A stretch of 32,000 nucleotides of DNA from Demequinaceae bacterium (GCA_965250005.1 OZ252279.1:1380001-1412000); one strand, 5' to 3'. Shown: positions 8,226-18,110, numbered from the stretch's first letter. Program-made: numbers and translations. The notes: generated by a model not told the origin, from the letters alone.

Positions 8226-8554
8226 TTCTTCTTCCCCCAGTCAGCCCGCCTAGTACCCGGAATCTATCGGGGAATACTCGCAACTGCGAGAGCAACATCC
8301 CTCATATCTTTGGCGCAAAATACTCTCACGCCGTCACAGTCAAAGGACCGCGCCAAAGTCGAGGCTGGCGCAGGCGCATTGAGACTATATGCCACGCAGG
8401 GGCATCAGAAACCCCAGGAGCCGGACGACTCAAACCAAGAGGCCGCGCGCTCGTGAGTATCCTTCATGCGGCACCGGCAAATCCTGCACCGCCTCGCAGG
8501 TCCCGACTGGTTCCGCCAATGAAGGCTACTTCGAATTGGCGGACATTCCGGGCT

Positions 8555-8872
8555 CTACGCCTGCTCTTGCTCCAGTTGACCGAGCGTGGGCTCCACCGGC
8601 TCTAGCTCGATGCCCTTCTCCTCTAGCAGCGCGAGCGCACGGTCGCGTTGGTCGAGCGCCGGCCACTTGACGATGGCGAACACCAAAAACAGCAAGGGTC
8701 CGATCACTGGAACAAGCACCGCGATGACGCCCAGCCAGTGTGAATACCCTGCTTTGCGAGCCACCAACACTGCGGAGACCAGCAAGATGATTGTGAACAG
8801 GACGCTCAGTAGGGTGATCCAGCCGAGCCAATCGCTCACTAACTCCGACCAAGTGATGTTGTTGTCGTCCAT
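8555..8872 (-). CDS. Small membrane protein of unknown function
   Basis: 105 aa; two clear hydrophobic segments (WITLLSVLFTIILLVSAVLVA; WLGVIAVLVPVIGPLLFLVFAIV) and an acidic tail. Confidence 0.75.
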   Translation of the reverse strand: MDDNNITWSELVSDWLGWITLLSVLFTIILLVSAVLVARKAGYSHWLGVIAVLVPVIGPLLFLVFAIVKWPALDQRDRALALLEEKGIELEPVEPTLGQLEQEQA

Positions 8873-8911
8873 GCCGTCTTCCTCTCAGCGCCAGCACCCG
8901 CTGGCTGCTAC

Positions 8912-9955
8912 CTAGAATCTATCCGGGTACGTGGCTAGGCGCGCAAGTAGTTGCTCATTCTCTTCGCGCGAGCCGATGCTGATGCGGACACCCTCACCAC
9001 CAAACGGACGCACAAGAATGGCCGGGTCTGACGCCGCGAGGTGCTCGGCCGCGCGAGTCGACGCGTCAGCAACCGGCAGCCACACGAAGTTTCCTTGCGC
9101 CTCCGGAACCGACCAACGATCAGCCAGAAGCGCACTGCGCACTCGGTCGCGCTCGCCCACGACTTCGGCTACTCGTTCCAAGACCCTCTGCTCAACACTC
9201 AGCGCCGCGAGCGCCGCGGCTTGCGCCACCGCAGATACCGAGAACGGCGTGACGCACGCGCGGACCGGTGCTATCAGCTGCTCCGCGCCGAGGGCGTAGC
9301 CCACACGCAAACCCGCGAGGCCGTAGGCCTTGGAGAAGGTTCGCGTGACCACCACATTCGCGTGCGCGTCGATCAGGGCACGGCCATCAATGCTCTTGGG
9401 GTCGCGGACGAATTCGACGTACGCCTCGTCTACGACCACCAGGACCCGCTCAGGGATGGCCTTCATCAACTCGGCGAATTCGGCACTTCGGATCGCGGGT
9501 CCCGTGGGGTTGTTTGGGGTGCACACGAACACGACTCGAGTGCGGTCCGTGACAGCGGCGGCCATTGCCGAAAGGTCGTGGCGCGCTCCTTCGGCAAGCG
9601 GGACTGTAACCGGGACGGCACCGGCGACGGCAGTGATAATTGGGTACGCCTCGAACGAGCGCCAAGGAAAGACCACCTCGTCGCCCGCTTCGCAGTAAGC
9701 CTGCAGGATGTGGCCCAACACTGCGACCGACCCTGCGCTCACCGCTATTTGCGCAGGCGCGACCGCGTGCCGCGCGGCAAGCGCTTCCGTCAATTCAACG
9801 CTGAACATGTCTGCATACCGGTTCGACGTTGCCGCGGCTGCGGCCGCTGCCGCCGAAATCTCCGCGAACGGCGCAAAGGGCGTCTCGTTCGAGGAGAGTT
9901 TGATCGGCAACCGTCCGCCTTGCGGATTGCGGGCGCCCGGCACGTACTTAGGCAT
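8912..9955 (-). CDS. hisC: Histidinol-phosphate / aromatic amino acid aminotransferase
   Basis: LSSNETPFAPF, CTPNNPTGPAIR, VVVDEAYVEF, TRTFSKAYGLAGLRVGYALG (PLP lysine region), RPFGGEGVRISIG. Start placed at MPKYVPGARNP; the track's N-terminal extension to 10507 is antisense to another gene. Confidence 0.92.
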   Translation of the reverse strand: MPKYVPGARNPQGGRLPIKLSSNETPFAPFAEISAAAAAAAATSNRYADMFSVELTEALAARHAVAPAQIAVSAGSVAVLGHILQAYCEAGDEVVFPWRSFEAYPIITAVAGAVPVTVPLAEGARHDLSAMAAAVTDRTRVVFVCTPNNPTGPAIRSAEFAELMKAIPERVLVVVDEAYVEFVRDPKSIDGRALIDAHANVVVTRTFSKAYGLAGLRVGYALGAEQLIAPVRACVTPFSVSAVAQAAALAALSVEQRVLERVAEVVGERDRVRSALLADRWSVPEAQGNFVWLPVADASTRAAEHLAASDPAILVRPFGGEGVRISIGSREENEQLLARLATYPDRF

Positions 9956-10019
9956 CGCCGCAATTGTTTTGCGTGGCTGCGGCTGAGTCATAGGGCAAGC
10001 ATGCCACCGACGTGGAACA

Positions 10020-10418
10020 ATGGCGGGCATGAGATTCACTATGCGATTCATCGCCACAGCGCTAGGCGTGTGGCTAGTGACGGCCCTCCCGCTCGACGTC
10101 CTGGTCGAGGGCGGTGACGGCTCGGGCTTCCAGCGCGTCTTGGTGTTCCTTGGTGTTGCCGGCATCCTGACGCTGGTTAACGGCCTAGTCAAGCCTGTGG
10201 TCAATTTCTTCACCCTTCCCGTTCGCGTCCTCACGCTCGGATTGTTCTCCTTGGTTGTTAGCTGGGCCATGCTCACTCTCACGGCGTGGATCAGTTCCAA
10301 GTTCAGTTTCGGCACGCTCGAGTTGGGCGGGTTCTGGAAAACGCTCTTGGCCGCGCTCGTCATCGCGATCATCACCGGGATCCTGGGCAAAGTTGCACCC
10401 AAGCGCGGCAGCAAGTAG
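10020..10418 (+). CDS. Phage holin family 4 / YvlD-like membrane protein
   Basis: 132 aa: GILTLVNGLVKPVVNFFTLPVRVLTLGLFSLVVSWAMLTLTAWI...; typical four-TM pattern of this family. Confidence 0.85.
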   Translation: MAGMRFTMRFIATALGVWLVTALPLDVLVEGGDGSGFQRVLVFLGVAGILTLVNGLVKPVVNFFTLPVRVLTLGLFSLVVSWAMLTLTAWISSKFSFGTLELGGFWKTLLAALVIAIITGILGKVAPKRGSK

Positions 10419-10421
10419 CCG

Positions 10422-11849
10422 CTAGCCGCTCGTTGCCGCAACATACGAGGGCAGCGGGCTACCGTCGACGGCGGGACCAGGCGTGGCATCTGCTCCGCGC
10501 TCCACACGGAAAGTCGTCACCGTCGCCGTGGTTCCTGGCTCCGCGAAGAACTCCTCCGTTCGCCTCCGCCACTGGGCGAGAGACGAGTCTGTCGACCCGT
10601 CCACGAGCGAGCCCGTACGCACGTAAAACTCCGTCTGGTGCGCGGACACACTCCCGGTCGCAGCGTCCTGTTCTTGACCAACCGATGACTCCCCTAGCGA
10701 GCGTTCAACGGTGATGCGGTCGGGCGTGTCTGGGTTCTTGGCCCCGTCGAGCCCTGGCACGAAGTCCTCGCGATGCTCCAGATGCAGAACCTGCACTCCA
10801 GAGGGGGTGTCGATGCGCCCGCCGGGAGTGCCAGCGGTGACGACTGCGCTCAGAGAGTACATTGACGTGAACGCAGGTTGAGCCGCCAAGGCGAGAGCGG
10901 TCAGGCCTCCTTGGCTATGACCCACAAGCAGGACCGGCTCGTCTGGCCCTACCCCTAGCGCATCCATTGCTGAGATCACAGCGAGTGCCGGGTCCCCCAT
11001 CGCCGCCTGCACCTGTTGGCCATTTGCGAGATTGTCGAACACGTTCTCTCCCCCCACGTCGAACAACTCTTGCGTCCCCGGAATCTCCACGATCCACGAG
11101 ATCGAGCCATCGGCGTGCACGAGCCGTTCGACTGCGAGCGACCCAGGCTCGGCCCCGTTCCGAGGCTCGAGGGCGCCGACACGGGAGATCAACTGGCCTA
11201 GGCCGGCGGGTGCCGTGGTTTCCGCGACTGAAGTGGCCGAGATCGCGATACCGAACGGGCTGTGAACGACGTTTCCGATAGTTGCCATGGCCTCGGTTAG
11301 CGACTCTGTGGCTGCCGCGAATACGACGTCCGGGACTCCAAGCATCGCCTCGGTCAGGTCACGTCCAGGAGTGACTCGCACGTTGGGCACCGCCTCGGTG
11401 GGCACCCTTCCCAGGATGGTGATCTCGAAGAATGCGACAGCCGTCCCGCGCGCAAAGGATGCGAGCCCAACGGCAAGATCCCACCCGTACGCCGCGCTCA
11501 GCGCCGCGATGCTCGCGCCGCGTTCAGCCTCCACATATGCTCGCGCGGTTGCCGCGAGACGGCTAGCGGAATCATTCAAGTTTGCTGCGATGGGACCCGC
11601 TCCGCCTCGCGCGACCTCCGCTACTAGCAGGGCCCGTTGTGCCGCGTGTTTCAGCTCTTCTGTCTGCGGCCTGGTACCGGCGGACGCCCACTCCAATGCC
11701 ACGCGAGCCATTTGCAATTGATTGGCGACTTTTTCCATCTCTGCCGCCGCATCCACGAGGCCTTCGGAAGCTCGCCAAATGTCGGTGACCCGCGCTGCTG
11801 TTCCCGCGAACCCACCGGAAATTTCGAGCCAGTCCTCACTCAAGCGCAC
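10422..11849 (-). CDS. Alpha/beta hydrolase (PGAP1/lipase-like) with N-terminal helical region
   Basis: 475 aa; nucleophile elbow LLVGHSQGGLTALALAAQ, later HLEHREDFVPGLDG; N-terminal ~130 aa strongly helical. Confidence 0.8.
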   Translation of the reverse strand: MRLSEDWLEISGGFAGTAARVTDIWRASEGLVDAAAEMEKVANQLQMARVALEWASAGTRPQTEELKHAAQRALLVAEVARGGAGPIAANLNDSASRLAATARAYVEAERGASIAALSAAYGWDLAVGLASFARGTAVAFFEITILGRVPTEAVPNVRVTPGRDLTEAMLGVPDVVFAAATESLTEAMATIGNVVHSPFGIAISATSVAETTAPAGLGQLISRVGALEPRNGAEPGSLAVERLVHADGSISWIVEIPGTQELFDVGGENVFDNLANGQQVQAAMGDPALAVISAMDALGVGPDEPVLLVGHSQGGLTALALAAQPAFTSMYSLSAVVTAGTPGGRIDTPSGVQVLHLEHREDFVPGLDGAKNPDTPDRITVERSLGESSVGQEQDAATGSVSAHQTEFYVRTGSLVDGSTDSSLAQWRRRTEEFFAEPGTTATVTTFRVERGADATPGPAVDGSPLPSYVAATSG

Positions 11850-12109
11850 GGCCCCGCGCTGCGCTCAGCTACAAGCCAGGCGCCTACTTGTTCACGTGCC
11901 CCGTCGATACGGCCCGTGATCCCGTGAATATCCTGAAGTGCGTGCCAGAGTTCGGTCCGATAGACCGCTCGTTGATCCGAAATCCAATCGACCTCCGCTG
12001 AGGCTCGCACGTTCTGTACCGCGGCCCTAGCGGCGTCCGTCGCATCGTCGAGTCTCGCGCGCGCGACGCGGGCTGCCAGTTCCGCGTCGAGCTCAAATGA
12101 ATGCACCAT
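11840..12109 (-). CDS. WXG100/ESAT-6-like small helical protein (putative)
   Basis: 89 aa, all-helical, overlaps the start of the downstream hydrolase by ~10 bp, central DWISDQRAVYRTELWHALQDI. Confidence 0.6.
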   Translation of the reverse strand: MVHSFELDAELAARVARARLDDATDAARAAVQNVRASAEVDWISDQRAVYRTELWHALQDIHGITGRIDGAREQVGAWLVAERSAGPCA

Positions 12110-12278
12110 TCGTCGAAATTAGGACACAGGATCGGACGGGCAGGCGCGCCAGATCGACGCCGTGGATTTGTCGCGCCATTTGCCGCCTATGGACATCCGC
12201 CCAAGCAACGGGCGAGAAGGGCGCGCCGCGCGAGCCCGCCAGTCTGGCGTCGGCGCTCAAGCGTGGGAGAATGGTGCC

Positions 12279-13703
12279 GTGACCGCCCATTGGATGCCGC
12301 TCGCGGACGTGACACCCGCCCTCGCCCTTGGCCCGCTCGACGGCAGGTACCGCACCGCGGTCGCCCCTCTCGTCGACCACCTTAGTGAGGCGGCGCTCAA
12401 CCGCGCGCGCCTGCACATCGAGGTGGAGTGGCTCATCCACCTGACGGACGAGCACGCCGTACCCGGGGCCGCCATGCTTACCGACGCGGACAAGAGTTAC
12501 CTCCGCGACCTCGTCTCCACCTTCGGCGCCGATGCGGTCGCTGAGCTAGCCGAGACGGAGCGTGTGACGGTTCACGACGTCAAGGCCGTCGAATACTTCC
12601 TCAGGAAGCGCCTCAAGGTGGCGGCCGAGGGTAGCGCGTTGCGCGGACTGGGCGAGCTGGTGCACTTCGCGTGCACGTCCGAGGACATCAACAACCTGTC
12701 GTACGCGGTCATGGTCAAGGGGGCTACACAAGACGTGTGGCTGCCGGCAGCGCGCGAGCTCGTCAACCAGGTCGCCGAGGTCGCGCGGGAGAACGCCGCG
12801 CAGCCCATGCTCGCGCGGACCCACGGTCAGCCTGCAACGCCAACGACGCTTGGCAAGGAGTTCGCGGTGCTCGCCCACCGCCTGGGCCGCCAAGTTCGGC
12901 GCATTGAGGGCCAGCAGTTCCTCGGCAAGATCAACGGCGCCACCGGAACCTATGGCGCGCATCTCGCGGCCGCGCCGGCAACGGACTGGACAGCCATCAG
13001 CCGGTCTTTCGTAGAGCACCTCGAGCTCGAATGGAACCCATTAACCACCCAAATCGAACCGCACGACTGGCAAGCCGAGCTCTACGCAGACGTGGCGCGT
13101 TTCAATCGCGTGCTTCACAACCTCGCGACGGACACCTGGACGTACATTTCGCTCGGCTACTTCGCGCAGGTGCGCGGCCAGGGAACCGTCGGCTCCTCGA
13201 CCATGCCTCACAAGGTCAACCCCATTCGATTTGAGAACGCCGAGGCAAACCTTGAACTCTCGTGCGCGCTCCTCGACTCCCTCGGCTCCACGCTGGTCAC
13301 CAGCAGAATGCAGCGAGACCTCACCGATTCGACCAGCCAGCGCAACATCGGCGTCGCTATTGGACATTCGCTGCTGGCGATTGACAACGTCCGCAAGGGC
13401 TTGGCGGGCCTGGACGTAAACCCCGAAGCGCTTGTGCGGGACCTCGATAGCAACTGGGAGGTGCTCGGCGAAGCAATTCAGTCCGCCATGCGCGCCGCTG
13501 GAATCGCCGGGACTCCCGGCATGGAGAACCCGTACGAGCGACTCAAGGACCTCACACGTGGGCGGCGAGTCGACGCCGCTGTGCTGCGTGAGTTCGTCGC
13601 GGGCCTAGGCCTGCCTGACGACGTCGCGGCTCGCCTCGCGGACATGACTCCCGCCACGTACGTGGGGGCTGCCGCAAGCCTGGTCGATTTCCTCGAGGAC
13701 TAG
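12279..13703 (+). CDS. purB: Adenylosuccinate lyase
   Basis: PLADVTPALALGPLDGRYRTAVAPL, HFACTSEDINNLSYAVMVKG, ARTHGQPATPTTLGKE, signature GSSTMPHKVNPIRFENAEANL. Likely GTG start near 12279; the upstream 39 codons in the track do not look coding. Confidence 0.96.
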   Translation: MTAHWMPLADVTPALALGPLDGRYRTAVAPLVDHLSEAALNRARLHIEVEWLIHLTDEHAVPGAAMLTDADKSYLRDLVSTFGADAVAELAETERVTVHDVKAVEYFLRKRLKVAAEGSALRGLGELVHFACTSEDINNLSYAVMVKGATQDVWLPAARELVNQVAEVARENAAQPMLARTHGQPATPTTLGKEFAVLAHRLGRQVRRIEGQQFLGKINGATGTYGAHLAAAPATDWTAISRSFVEHLELEWNPLTTQIEPHDWQAELYADVARFNRVLHNLATDTWTYISLGYFAQVRGQGTVGSSTMPHKVNPIRFENAEANLELSCALLDSLGSTLVTSRMQRDLTDSTSQRNIGVAIGHSLLAIDNVRKGLAGLDVNPEALVRDLDSNWEVLGEAIQSAMRAAGIAGTPGMENPYERLKDLTRGRRVDAAVLREFVAGLGLPDDVAARLADMTPATYVGAAASLVDFLED

Positions 13704-13705
13704 CG

Positions 13706-14491
13706 GTGTCCACGCACGTTGCGACCCGCCCGCGCCTGCGCGCGGAGGTGCTGATCGTGCTGGGGCTCAGCCTCGGATGGTCCGCCGTCCAGTCCGTGTG
13801 GATCCTCGTCGAACGATACTTGCGCGAGACGCCCATCGGCGAGCAAACCACAACTCTCAACCAGTCGGTCACTCAGGTCGACGTCATGGACTTGATCTAT
13901 CAACTGCTCCGGATCGGATTTTCTCTCATGCCCGTCCTGCTCGCTGTCTACCTGCTTGCCGGGCCAGGTATGACGGGCCTGCGGCGACTCGGACTGACAC
14001 GAGGCAGCGCCCCCGGCGAGAGCGTCCTCGGCGACGTGACCCGGGGCGCCGGACTGGCTGCGCTGATCGGCATCCCTGGACTGGGCGTCTACTACATCGG
14101 CAGGGCAATAGGACAGACCGTCTCTATCAATACCAGCGGCCTCCCAGACCAGTGGTGGACTGCGCTGGTGCTGCTGCTTGCGGCGGCTGCCGCCGCCGTG
14201 CTCGAAGAGACCGTGGCCGTCGGATACCTCGTGACTCGACTCCGCGAGATGGCATGGGGCGCCCCCGCGGCAATCGCCACGTCGGCCGTGCTTAGGGGGA
14301 GCTACCATCTGTACCAAGGCTGGCCCATGGCACTCGGGAACGCCGTCATGGGCGCCGTCTTCGCCTGGTATTTCGTCAAGCGAGGCAGAGTCGGACCCCT
14401 CATCGCAGCCCACGCCACGCTGGATCTGGTCGCCTTCGTTGGTCCCGAGGTGCTACCGGATTCCTGGCTCGCCGGAATCGGCCTCGTCTAG
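13706..14491 (+). CDS. CPBP family intramembrane metalloprotease (Abi/CAAX-protease-like)
   Basis: 261 aa multi-TM; EETVAVGYLVTRLR motif, GSYHLYQG, AHATLDLVAF; GTG start 3 bp after purB. Confidence 0.85.
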   Translation: MSTHVATRPRLRAEVLIVLGLSLGWSAVQSVWILVERYLRETPIGEQTTTLNQSVTQVDVMDLIYQLLRIGFSLMPVLLAVYLLAGPGMTGLRRLGLTRGSAPGESVLGDVTRGAGLAALIGIPGLGVYYIGRAIGQTVSINTSGLPDQWWTALVLLLAAAAAAVLEETVAVGYLVTRLREMAWGAPAAIATSAVLRGSYHLYQGWPMALGNAVMGAVFAWYFVKRGRVGPLIAAHATLDLVAFVGPEVLPDSWLAGIGLV

Positions 14492-14518
14492 GGCCCCATC
14501 AATCCCTAGACTCGGGTC

Positions 14519-16990
14519 ATGAACTCCACGTCCGTCGAGCCGCCTGAAGCGACGACCGACTCAGGAGCAATCCACCTGATCGACACGCCATCGCACCGGG
14601 TTCACCGGTTCGCGGACTTCCTGAACCTCGCGGGAACGCTCGTCGGGATCGCGGTCGTGCTATTGCTTGGCGCCTACGCCTCCGGCACGACGAGCGGCCT
14701 GACCGCGGATTTGCAGGGAATCTACGAGATTCTTCGCCAGGTGCTCGTTGCCCCAGTAAACGTGCTCGAAGGCATCGTCACCCTCGTCGTTCCCGCGGCG
14801 ACCGTAGCCTCGCTTGCTGTCCGCAGGGAGCCGCGTCGCATAGTCGAATCGCTCGGCGCTCTAGTGCTCGGCATCGTCGTGGCGCTGATCGCAGCGCAGA
14901 CCACGCGCATGTGGGGAGCGCGCGAACTTGTTGACAGTCTCAGCATCACGACCGATGGCCTGACTGCCGTGACCATGCCCGCCTACCTTGCTGGCATCGC
15001 CGCGATGCTCACCACGGCCGGGCGCAGGCGAGCCCAGCGCCCAGTGGCAATCTCGTGGAACGTTCTGTGGGTGGCTGCAGCAATCGGCGTCATCAGTGGT
15101 CTGGTGACCGTGCCCGCAGTGGTTGCGACGCTTCTCATCGGCCGCGCCGTCGGGCTATTCGCGCGCTACGTGCTCGGCTCGGCAAGCGACCGAGCGTATG
15201 GCGCCGCGCTAGTGGAGGGGATCACGCGGGCAGGCTTCACAACCAAGCGGCTCATCCGCATCGACCCGAACGACGAATTCGCCTACGAAGAAGTCGATCC
15301 CGTGTTCGCCGCGCTAAGCCGCACGCGCGCGGGCCGGGTCTACGCGCTCACGACCGTCGAAAACCACCAGCTCATGGTCATCGCGCTCGATGGAGACCGC
15401 CGCATCGCCGGAACCCTGTCAAAAATCTGGCGGACGATGCGCTTGCGCGGCCTACGCACACGAGCCGACGTGAGCCTGCGCCACGTTGCAGAGGGCACCG
15501 CGCTCGTCTCTCACGCCGCCCGGACGGCGGGCGTGCGCACTCCTCGCGTCATGGGTATGTCTCAAGCTCGCGACACCATGATCCTGATCTACCAGCGTCC
15601 TGTGGGCGTCCGCGCATTCGCGGACCTCGCGCCCGAGGACGTGACAGACGACGTACTAGACGGCATCTGGGCCGAGGTGGTGATCGCGCATGCGGCGGGT
15701 ATCTCGCACCGGGCGCTCACGTCCGACACTGTGCTCGTTGGCACCGACGAACTCACGGACTTGCCCGAGGTGTGGCTCACTACCTGGGAAATGGGCGAGG
15801 TTGCCACGGGTCAGCTTTCGCGGCGCATGGACGCCGTCCAACTCATCGCGATGTTTTCAGCGAAGATCGGCGCCGACCGCGCGGTCGCGTCGGCGTTCCG
15901 GGCGCTCGAAAGTTCACAAATAGCTGCGCTCGCGCCACTGCTCCAGACGGTCGTGCTTCCGCGGGCCACGCGCATCGAAACAAAGGCGCGCGGCAAAGTG
16001 CTCGAAAACGTACGCAACGAAATCCTCGAACACCTCCCCGAAACTCCAACGGAGCCAGAGAATATCGCGCGCTTCAGTCCCCGCACCATCATCACGTTCA
16101 CTCTCGGAATCGTTGCGGCCGGGGTGATCCTGTTTACATTCAAAATCGACCAGGTGGTGCCTGCCCTCAAGGAGGCCGAGCCGCTATGGGCGGTCGCGGG
16201 TTTCGGGTTCGCGCTGCTGACGTTCATCGGCGCCGCTCTCGTGATGTCGGCGTTCTCACCGATCAAGCTGCCCTGGAATCGCGTGCTCCTCGCTCAAGTC
16301 GCTGCTGCCTACGTCGCTCTGGCGGCGCCCGCAGGAGTGGGACCCGCAGCGATCAACCTGCGCTTGCTAACCAAACGCGATGTCGCGCGGCCCGTCGCCG
16401 TGGCTACCGTTGCACTTGTTCAAGTGTCCGCCATCTTCGTGACCGTCGTCGGACTCGTGGTCCTCACTCTCGCGACGGGATCCGCGGACGCCCTTGCGGT
16501 GCTCCCGTCCGGCTCCGTGCTCGCAGGCGTAGGGATTACTGCCGTCGTCGTCGCTCTAGCGCTTACCTTCCCGAAGGTGCGCGCTTGGGTAATGGCCAAG
16601 ATCATGCCAACCATCCGACAGACGTGGCCGCGCCTGGTCCAAGTGCTCGGCCAGCCCTGGCGACTGGCGCTGGGCATCTTCGGGAACCTCTTGCTCACCG
16701 GTGCATATGTTGGCGCCTTCTACTGCGCTCTCAGGGCATTCAACCTGGAGCCAGCCGTAGTCGACATCGCCGTCGTCTTCCTGCTCGGAAACGCCGCGGG
16801 AGCGGCCGTCCCGACGCCGGGCGGCGTTGGTGCCGTCGAAGCCGCGCTGTCCGGTGCCCTTCTTTCCATCGGCATCCCGGTCGCCATCGGGTTCTCGGCC
16901 GTCGTGGTGTTTAGGGCGGTAACGTATTGGGCGAGAATCCCGTTGGGCTATGTAGCGATGCGATACCTCACCAAAAAGGGAGAACTCTGA
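14519..16990 (+). CDS. Large membrane protein with degenerate kinase-like domain and lysylphosphatidylglycerol synthase TM (flippase-like) domain
   Basis: 823 aa; central VIAHAAGISHRALTSDTVLVG resembles a degenerate kinase catalytic loop; C-terminal APAGVGPAAINLRLL and GNAAGAAVPTPGGVGAVEAAL are typical of the LPG_synthase_TM family. Confidence 0.85.
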   Translation: MNSTSVEPPEATTDSGAIHLIDTPSHRVHRFADFLNLAGTLVGIAVVLLLGAYASGTTSGLTADLQGIYEILRQVLVAPVNVLEGIVTLVVPAATVASLAVRREPRRIVESLGALVLGIVVALIAAQTTRMWGARELVDSLSITTDGLTAVTMPAYLAGIAAMLTTAGRRRAQRPVAISWNVLWVAAAIGVISGLVTVPAVVATLLIGRAVGLFARYVLGSASDRAYGAALVEGITRAGFTTKRLIRIDPNDEFAYEEVDPVFAALSRTRAGRVYALTTVENHQLMVIALDGDRRIAGTLSKIWRTMRLRGLRTRADVSLRHVAEGTALVSHAARTAGVRTPRVMGMSQARDTMILIYQRPVGVRAFADLAPEDVTDDVLDGIWAEVVIAHAAGISHRALTSDTVLVGTDELTDLPEVWLTTWEMGEVATGQLSRRMDAVQLIAMFSAKIGADRAVASAFRALESSQIAALAPLLQTVVLPRATRIETKARGKVLENVRNEILEHLPETPTEPENIARFSPRTIITFTLGIVAAGVILFTFKIDQVVPALKEAEPLWAVAGFGFALLTFIGAALVMSAFSPIKLPWNRVLLAQVAAAYVALAAPAGVGPAAINLRLLTKRDVARPVAVATVALVQVSAIFVTVVGLVVLTLATGSADALAVLPSGSVLAGVGITAVVVALALTFPKVRAWVMAKIMPTIRQTWPRLVQVLGQPWRLALGIFGNLLLTGAYVGAFYCALRAFNLEPAVVDIAVVFLLGNAAGAAVPTPGGVGAVEAALSGALLSIGIPVAIGFSAVVVFRAVTYWARIPLGYVAMRYLTKKGEL

Positions 16991-18036
16991 TGGAAATCAT
17001 CACCGCCGCCGCCGCATCAGCGGCGCTGCTCGCAGGAGTACTCGCGGCGTTCAACCCGTGCGGATTCGCGCTCCTTCCGGCGTATATCACCGTGATTGTG
17101 ACCGGGAGTGCCGCGGAAGGTGTCACCAAGCGCCAAGCACTACGTCGAGCAATCAGTTTCGGCTCAGCGATGACGCTGGGGTTTGTCACGATCTTCATAG
17201 GCTTCGGCGCTCTCTTCGCCGCAGCCAACGTGGGTCTCCAAGGCGATGTGTTGCCATATATCGCCTACGTGACTCTGGTGCTCGGAGTTCTGTTGGTGAT
17301 CCTCGGCATTCACATGTTGCGCGGAGGCGAACTCAACGTGCCTGGCCTGAAGATCAAGGGAGCGGCGCCCACCCGGGCGTTTGGCTCCCAGATCATCTAT
17401 GGCATGGCGTTCGCACTCGCATCGATGTCGTGCACCATTGGCGTCTACATTCCGATCATCACGAGCTCGCTCAACGCGAGCAACCCTCTCGCTGCCGCAC
17501 TTCCCTCGGTCGTCTACGCGATCGGGATGGGCACCTCGGTGCTAATCGTGTCGATGGTCGCGGCCGTCGCAGGAAGCGCTGGTATGGCGCGCTTCCGTCG
17601 GCACACGCCCACTTTCATGAAGGCTGCGGGTGGCCTTATGGTCATCGTCGGTCTCTACGTCGTCGTCTACGGCCTCGCCGACGTACTCCCGCAGTTCGGC
17701 ATTCGAGCACTCGATCCCGTCCTTCTCGAGACGGCAGCGGTTCAGGGAGACGTTCTCCGCACCATTCAGGGCTGGGGGAACCCAGCACTGGTAGTGCTGG
17801 CGGTGGCCACCGCGGTGCTCGTAAGCTTCCTGTGGTGGAAGACCCGTCCTGAACCTGAGGTCGACGGCGAATCCAACACAGAGTCCCGCAACAACAATCG
17901 GAGTTCCGCGGCAATAGCGTCCTCGAGAGCCAAAGACGCTGCGTCGAAGGAGACTGCAACCCGGAACAAGACGGCCACTGCCAAGCCATCGAGCCGGCCC
18001 GCTAAGCGCAAGAACCCCGCCGAGAAATTCAAGTAG
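16990..18036 (+). CDS. CcdA/DsbD-family thiol:disulfide membrane transporter
   Basis: Start at TGATG overlap with previous stop (MEIITAAAASAALLAGVLAAFNPCGFALLPAYITVIV); second Cys motif MSCTIGVYIPII; basic tail. Confidence 0.9.
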   Translation: MEIITAAAASAALLAGVLAAFNPCGFALLPAYITVIVTGSAAEGVTKRQALRRAISFGSAMTLGFVTIFIGFGALFAAANVGLQGDVLPYIAYVTLVLGVLLVILGIHMLRGGELNVPGLKIKGAAPTRAFGSQIIYGMAFALASMSCTIGVYIPIITSSLNASNPLAAALPSVVYAIGMGTSVLIVSMVAAVAGSAGMARFRRHTPTFMKAAGGLMVIVGLYVVVYGLADVLPQFGIRALDPVLLETAAVQGDVLRTIQGWGNPALVVLAVATAVLVSFLWWKTRPEPEVDGESNTESRNNNRSSAAIASSRAKDAASKETATRNKTATAKPSSRPAKRKNPAEKFK

Positions 18037-18082
18037 GGCGTTCCCGCGCGGAGTTCCTCGCGCGACACGTGAGCCAACGGAA

Positions 18083-18110
18083 AAGCGCGGCCCCGTTGGG
18101 GGCCGCGCTT
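18083..18110 (+). terminator. Intrinsic-terminator-like hairpin after the ccdA-like gene (convergent with the thioredoxin-like gene)
   Basis: Perfect 12-bp stem AAGCGCGGCCCC-GTTG-GGGGCCGCGCTT. Confidence 0.8.

Noticed and set aside
8171-8605. Plus-strand ORF 8171-8605 in the gap beside the glycan locus
   Set aside because: R/P/S-rich translation without domain signals, partly antisense to the 105-aa membrane protein; not convincing as coding.
9956-10507. N-terminal 184-aa extension of the hisC-like ORF in the track
   Set aside because: Low-complexity, S/T/P/R-rich translation antisense to the YvlD-like membrane gene at 10020-10418; a normal aminotransferase start exists at 9955.
12093-12455. 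Minus-strand ORF at the purB start and the upstream N-terminal extension of purB
   Set aside because: Antisense to well-supported purB sequence; the extension has no PurB-like sequence and a GTG start near 12279 gives the expected protein length.
13706-14491. CPBP/Abi protease as part of an anti-phage defence system
   Set aside because: It directly follows housekeeping purB and no toxin, nuclease or other defence gene is adjacent; the family has many non-defence roles.
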